This document shows, piece by piece, positions 8,202 to 13,332 of a stretch of 13,332 nt of DNA (position 1 is the stretch's first letter; each line of letters opens with the position of its first letter). This DNA comes from Octopus sinensis (Eukaryota). The stretch is taken from positions 1 to 13,332 of the forward strand of contig NW_021826149.1 in the NCBI RefSeq assembly GCF_006345805.1. The letters are read 5' to 3'. Made by a program: the position numbers and the translations under genes. The notes under the pieces were generated by a model. That model was not told the DNA's origin and searched no databases. It saw only the letters and a program-made list of their open reading frames with translations.

Positions 8202-8584
8202 ATAACGTAAAGTATACTAGCCATCTCAATATGGCTAACCACTAAGGGTGGGTGTTACTGTAGCTTTTAGCCCCAGGAGATCATCGTCTCCAGCTGGCTT
8301 TAGGCACACTTTCTGTGCTCTTATGGTATTTGCAAAGGGAGGTCATCCCTCTCTCGTAAACCTAAGTGATACGCACGGACTGCAGTTTCGAGGTATTTGC
8401 CTCTTGCAGACAGTTTTTCGAAATCAGTGACAGAGGTTACTGGGAAAAACATTATATAGATATTTGCAAACATCGAAAACCGTTGATTACCGTACGTTGA
8501 CAAGATCTCCTGGGGCTAAAAGCTACAGTAACACCCACCCTTAGTGGTTAGCCATATTGAGATGGCTAGTATACTTTACGTTAT
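8202..8584. mobile_element. Element with perfect 81-bp inverted arms (8202-8282 / 8504-8584) and a 221-bp spacer; MITE or fold-back retro-insertion
   Basis: The arms are exact reverse complements when compared base by base. One reading is 78-bp TIRs flanked by TA at 8203-8204 and 8582-8583. Confidence 0.7.
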
Positions 8585-8626
8585 CGAGCGGTTACTGTTT
8601 ACATCTCGTTCAGAGATTTATTATTG

Positions 8627-8631
<5 letters not shown>

Positions 8632-8657
<26 letters not shown>

Positions 8658-8733
8658 AAGAAGAGTATGTACCCTGTCCCCACATATATATGCAAGTATA
8701 ATACGGTTTTGTATCTCTCTCTATATCTATCTA

Positions 8734-8774
<41 letters not shown>

Positions 8775-8805
8775 ACACACACACTTACATATATGTGTGT
8801 GTGTC
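8632..8805. repeat. (TA)n/(TATC)n/(CA)n/(TG)n microsatellite cluster
   Basis: Directly visible, interrupted by short unique stretches. Confidence 0.85.
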
Positions 8806-9060
8806 GGTGTTTGTTTTCTTGTAATTTTTTTATACATGCATATGTTTTTTTCAGCATCCTCGGAAATAACCTGCAGGAAGGAAACGACGTAGATGTTTGC
8901 GTATCTCCGCCTCAATCACAAAGCAAAAAGCATTACAAAACAAAATAAGGAAAGGAAAATATTTAAAAGCAAAAGAAAAGAAGAGAAACACAATTAAGTG
9001 TTAGCAGTAACTATAATTACTTCGGTTTATCACAGATTATATAAGATTTCTTATCTAACG

Positions 9061-9140
9061 GAGTGAGAGAGAAAGAGAAAAGGAGAGAGAATGAAAGAGA
9101 GTGAGAGAAAGAAAGAAAGAGAGAAAGAGAGAGGAGAGAA
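9061..9140. repeat. GA-rich purine tract
   Basis: Directly visible. Confidence 0.85.
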
Positions 9141-9270
9141 AACGTCTGGGCGAATGTATGCGTAGGTGCATGCAATCTATATAACGGCCATCTTTAACAG
9201 ATATTGGCGGATTAAATTTCGCATTTTCCTGTCCGGAGCTTTTGATAGACTTATATGAAAATATATTCAA

Positions 9271-9476
9271 GCAGGCAGAATCGTAAAAGCGTCGTCGGTA
9301 AAATTGCTTGGCGGCATTTGTTAATCGACTCTTTACGTTCTGAATTCAAATCGCGCCGAGGTCAATTTAGTCTTTCATCCTTTCAAGGTCGATGAAATAA
9401 AGTATCAGTAAAATACTCGAGTTGTATCGTCTACTGCCCACCTCCTTCGAAATTGTTGGCCTTGTGCCAAAATTTC
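9271..9476 (+). mobile_element. Degenerate SINE family A copy
   Basis: ggcagaatcg...tttacgttctgaattcaaatcgcgccgaggtcaa...tttcatcctttc..ggtcgat aligns with the 4961-5189 family, and its tail ggccttgtgccaaaattt matches 12959-13156. Confidence 0.8.
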
Positions 9477-9529
9477 AATGCATCGTTAATGTTGAATTCG
9501 TATTCAGATCTAGCACTGTTGTGAGTGGT

Positions 9530-9632
9530 TGTTTACTTGTTTGTTTGTTTGCTTCTTTCTTTCTTTCTTTCTTTCATTTTTTTCTCCTTTCCTTTCGTTT
9601 TTCTTTCTTTTGTTTTTTTTTTCACTTTCTTT
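9530..9632. repeat. T/C-rich low-complexity tract
   Basis: Directly visible. Confidence 0.8.
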
Positions 9633-9686
9633 ATAGATAAATTAATTTCTTTTAAGAATGTGGTAAATCATTCTTTGGTGGAATTT

Positions 9687-9689
9687 ACA

Positions 9690-9722
<33 letters not shown>

Positions 9723-9750
9723 ACACACATACACACATACACACACACAC
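9687..9750. repeat. (CA)n-(CG)7-(CA)n alternating purine-pyrimidine tract
   Basis: Directly visible; the CG run is at 9706-9720. Confidence 0.95.
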
Positions 9751-9903
9751 TGCAACTTTTCCCCCCTTTATTTTCATATGGGTATTCATTATGTTTGCCT
9801 GATGAAGTTTTGTCAAAATGTGAAGAAAAGAGCTAATAAGTTTAGTTCGTTATAAATATTTATTTAGTTGAATTATACACAAGTACTTCCGTGCAATTAG
9901 TAT

Positions 9904-10095
9904 AGAGTGACTGTGTTGTAAGGAGCTTGCTCCGTAACCACATGGTTTCCTTTCAGTCCCACTGCATGGCACGTTAGGCAAGTGTTTCTACTATAGCCTG
10001 GGGCCGATCAAAACCTTGTGAATGGATTTGGTAGACAGAAACTGAAAGAATCCCGTCGTGTATATATATATATATATATATATAGATATATATAA

Positions 10096-10130
<35 letters not shown>

Positions 10131-10171
10131 AATTTATATATATATATACATAAATTATATATTTATATATA

Positions 10172-10214
<43 letters not shown>

Positions 10215-10425
10215 ATGTGTGTGTGTGTTTGTCTGCCTGTGTTTGTCCCCCCTCGATTGCTTGGCAACCGATGTTGGTGTGTTTATGTCCCCGTAACTTC
10301 GCGGTTCGGCAAAACAGACCGATAGAATAAGTACTGGGCTTACAAAGAATAAGTCCTGGGGTCGATTTGTTTGACTAAAAGTGGGGCTCCAGTCAAATGA
10401 CTGAAACAAATAATAGAATAAAAGA
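9904..10425 (+). mobile_element. tRNA-derived SINE family B with an expanded internal (TA)n (10061-10211)
   Basis: The two halves are reverse-complement homologues of 10612-11020. Confidence 0.88.
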
Positions 10426-10611
10426 ATGAAAGAATATATATACTTCGCTTTTCTATCTTTGTATTTAGTTTGCAAGATTCTTTATGTGAAGTCGTGTGTT
10501 GAAACAAATTTTCTTGTTTCTAGGAAGTCATTATGCCAATATAATCAACACTGGTTCAGTTTCACTCCTTCATTATTAGTCATTTTGTTAAACAGTCAGC
10601 TAACTAATTGA

Positions 10612-11020
10612 TTACTCTTTACTCTTTTACTCTTTTACTTGTTTCAGTCATTTGACTGCGGCCATGCTGGAGCACCGCCTTTAGTCGAGGAAATCGACCC
10701 CGGGACTTATTCTTTGTAAGCCCAGTACTTATTCTATTGGTCTTTTTTGCCGACCCGCTAAGTGACGGGGACGTAAACACACCAGCATCGGTTGTCAAGC
10801 AATGCTAGGGGGACAAACACAGACACACACACATACATATATATATTTACATATATACGACAGGCTTCTTTCATTTTCCGTCTACCAAATCCACTCACAA
10901 GGCATTGGTCGGCCCGGGGCTATAGCAGAAGACATTTGCCCAAGATGCCACGCAGTGGGACTGAACCCGGAGCCATGTGGTTGGTTAGCAAGCTACTTAC
11001 CACACAGCCACTCCTGCGCC
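10612..11020 (-). mobile_element. tRNA-derived SINE family B, well preserved, with (AAAAGAGT)-like tandem 3' tail
   Basis: The minus strand starts ggcgcaggagTGGCTGTGTGGtaag and has Box B GGGTTCAGTCCC, followed by ttgggcaa (CORE-like start), an internal CA/TA repeat and a tandem tail at 10612-10640. Confidence 0.9.
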
Positions 11021-11139
11021 GATTGTTTAATTTCTGTTTTGTTTTTGTTTGTCAAAGCTGTGTCATTGCTACATGCAACGTTTTCAATGACTATTGACTT
11101 AGTCTGTTATAAAGACCGCGTTTGTCTGCTTGTGATCTT

Positions 11140-11538
11140 GTTGCGTGCGTGTGCATACGTACCAGCGTGCACATGTGCTTGTCTATGTATGCATGTATGT
11201 ATGTATGTATGTATGTATGCATGTATTCTGCATATTCATGTGTTTGTGTGTATTTGCGCGCTTGTGTGTTTCTGTTTGTATGTATATAGGTATGCGTGTG
11301 TGTGTTTGTGTGTGTATTTGTGTGTGTGTACCTCTGCTTCTTTGTGCATGCGTGTTTGAGTGTGCCTATGCGTATGTTTGTGTGAGCATGTACGTGCACC
11401 TATTATGCATGCATGTGTGCCTGTATGTGTCTTTGTGTGTGTGCGTGTGTGTGGAGTGTGTGTATATAAGGTCATGTGTTTCTGTCTCATGTGTGTGTGT
11501 AAGTCTGTGTGTGTGCTTCTCTGTCAGTACTACCTACG

Positions 11539-11615
<77 letters not shown>

Positions 11616-11616
11616 G

Positions 11617-11683
<67 letters not shown>

Positions 11684-11700
11684 GTCTGTCTGTCTATCTA

Positions 11701-11731
<31 letters not shown>

Positions 11732-11736
11732 TTATC
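11140..11736. repeat. Large compound (TATG)n/(TG)n/(TATC)n microsatellite
   Basis: Directly visible; it explains the long ORFs at 11145-11807 and overlaps. Confidence 0.95.
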
Positions 11737-12091
11737 TTCTTACTTGTCTTTTTACCTACCTATTAGTTTGCCTATCTTCCCACCTATCTACCTACATTCA
11801 TAATTAAGTAACTAACAATCTATATAACCTAACCATCTAAAATCTGCCTACCGACCGACCGACCTACCTGCCTCCCTACCTACGAATAACTTAATAAAGA
11901 AATAACTTAATAAAGAAATACCTACTTACGAATGTAGTTATGTTTTGCAGATATTAGACAATATTAGACAATATCTGCAAAGTATTTTTATATGATAATT
12001 ATAGTGTAAAACTTTTCACAAATATTCTCAAAGTATCTCAAAGATAAAATTTGTATTCACTTATTTTAATGAAAATAATAGGATAGACGCG

Positions 12092-12093
<2 letters not shown>

Positions 12094-12142
<49 letters not shown>

Positions 12143-12157
12143 AGAAAGAGAGAGAGA
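12094..12157. repeat. (GA)n microsatellite
   Basis: Directly visible. Confidence 0.97.
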
Positions 12158-12376
12158 CGGAGCTATTGCAATGAATGAGAATTAGCTCTGTGGTTAAAGT
12201 GTGCGGTTGAATGTTCGATACCAAATGAAATTTTAAAACCTCATATTAATAAGAATATATTAAAACTAAAATTTATGACCATATCTCAGACATTTTAGAA
12301 TATTATAAATGCTTCCATCTAATAGAACGCCAATTGATTAAAAAGCAGCTTTCGTCATTAAAGTAGAGATACGTTT

Positions 12377-12653
12377 GTGGAGGCGCAATGGCCCAGTGGT
12401 TAGGGCAGCGGACTCGCGGTCGTAGGATCACGGTTTCGATTCCCAGACCGGGCATTGTGAGTGTTTATTGAGCGAAAACACCTAAAGCTTCACAAGGCTC
12501 CTGCAGGGGGTGGGGGTGAACCCTGCTGTACTCTTTCGCCACAACTTTCTCTGTGGAGTGCTCAGCCACTTGCACGTTAATTCCACGAGCAAGCTGTTCC
12601 GTTGATCGTATCAGCTGGGACCCTCATCGTCGTAACCGACGGAGTGCTCCTTA
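12377..12653 (+). mobile_element. tRNA-derived SINE (family C) with a 12-bp target-site duplication
   Basis: Box A TGGCCCAGTGG (12389-12399) and Box B GTTTCGATTCC (12433-12443). AGAGATACGTTT occurs at 12365-12376 and 12654-12665. Confidence 0.9.
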
Positions 12654-12730
12654 AGAGATACGTTTCGGACGCCGAACTGGGAGAATTGTTAAAGCAACAG
12701 AAACAAATGCCTTTGAGGTAAATGTTACAA

Positions 12731-12891
12731 CTCTTTACGTTCTAATTCTGCGGACATTAACATTGCAATTCAATTTATGGGGGTGGGGAAAATTAAGTAA
12801 GGTACCAGTCAAGTACTGGGACACTTAAATGATACTATTTACTTGATTAGCCAACCCCGTCGAAATTGTTGATCTTGAGCCTAAGTCAGAA
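12731..12891 (+). mobile_element. Highly degenerate, 5'-truncated SINE family A copy
   Basis: ctctttacgttct...aattaag..gtaccagt..gtactggg...gaaattgttg.tcttgagcc aligns loosely with the other family A copies. Confidence 0.6.
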
Positions 12892-12958
12892 CTCATTTGG
12901 TATATACGTAAGTATATATACACTTACAATTCTGTATGTATCAATGTATATTCATATA

Positions 12959-13156
12959 TTGGTTTCAAATTTTGGCACAAGGCCAGCAGTTTTAGAGGAG
13001 TAAGTCGATTTCATCGACCCAGTGTTTAACTGGTAATTATTTTATCGACCCCAAAAGATAAAGCCGACCTCAGCAGAATATGAACTCCGAACGTAAGGAC
13101 GGTCGAAATGCCGCTAAGCATTTTACCCGATGTGTTAACAATTCTGCCAGCCCGCC
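12959..13156 (-). mobile_element. SINE family A copy
   Basis: The minus strand reads gggcgggctggcagaattgttaaca...cttacgttcggagttcatattctgctgaggtcggc...ggccttgtgccaaaatttgaaacc. Confidence 0.85.
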
Positions 13157-13300
13157 CTCTTAATGCATATTCATTTATCAAGTCTATTCATTATACCTTT
13201 CAATTTTATCTTCTTTCGCTTCAGTGTACCTGAGATCTTCCAGCTGCAGTCTATTTTTACTTTTGTTCTTTGTTCTTGTTTAACGAAGTTAAAAATTATC

Positions 13301-13303
<3 letters not shown>

Positions 13304-13332
<29 letters not shown>
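13304..13332. repeat. (TA)n microsatellite at window end
   Basis: Directly visible. Confidence 0.95.

Noticed and set aside
12377-12450. tRNA gene calls at SINE heads (also 4546-4610, 5110-5189 and 10950-11020)
   Set aside because: They have Box A/B but no complete cloverleaf, and they continue into SINE bodies.
13195-13260. Polypyrimidine tract plus AG acceptor-like site (ttttatcttctttcgcttcag)
   Set aside because: No donor or convincing coding frame follows within the window.

Overview
This is an AT-rich, microsatellite-dense eukaryotic non-coding window (intronic or intergenic). The tRNA-derived SINE families resemble those I know from octopus/coleoid cephalopod genomes; this is inferred from recognition, not a database search. 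No intact protein-coding gene is supported, and most ORF-track entries are translations of (CA)n/(TA)n/(TATG)n/(TATC)n repeats. Ordinary content is eight SINE copies or fragments from about four families and a decayed full-length mariner transposon (6200-7451). The standout is 2068-3793, a ~555-bp unit present as ~2.35 head-to-tail copies plus one inverted partial copy, bounded on both sides by (TA)n. Each complete unit junction carries a Type I hammerhead-ribozyme-like fold: stem I, CUGAUGA, long stem II, GAAA, near-palindromic stem III, and a GUU cleavage triplet. This fits a retrozyme-like element, i.e. a non-autonomous self-cleaving RNA that may circularise and was retro-inserted into a (TA)n tract. 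A second insert with perfect 81-bp inverted arms sits between (TA)n tracts at 8202-8631, and a decayed Penelope-type minimal hammerhead lies at 1042-1077. Ribozyme activity, circular RNA and the insertion mechanism are inferences that need testing, and a long-read assembly artefact must be excluded.
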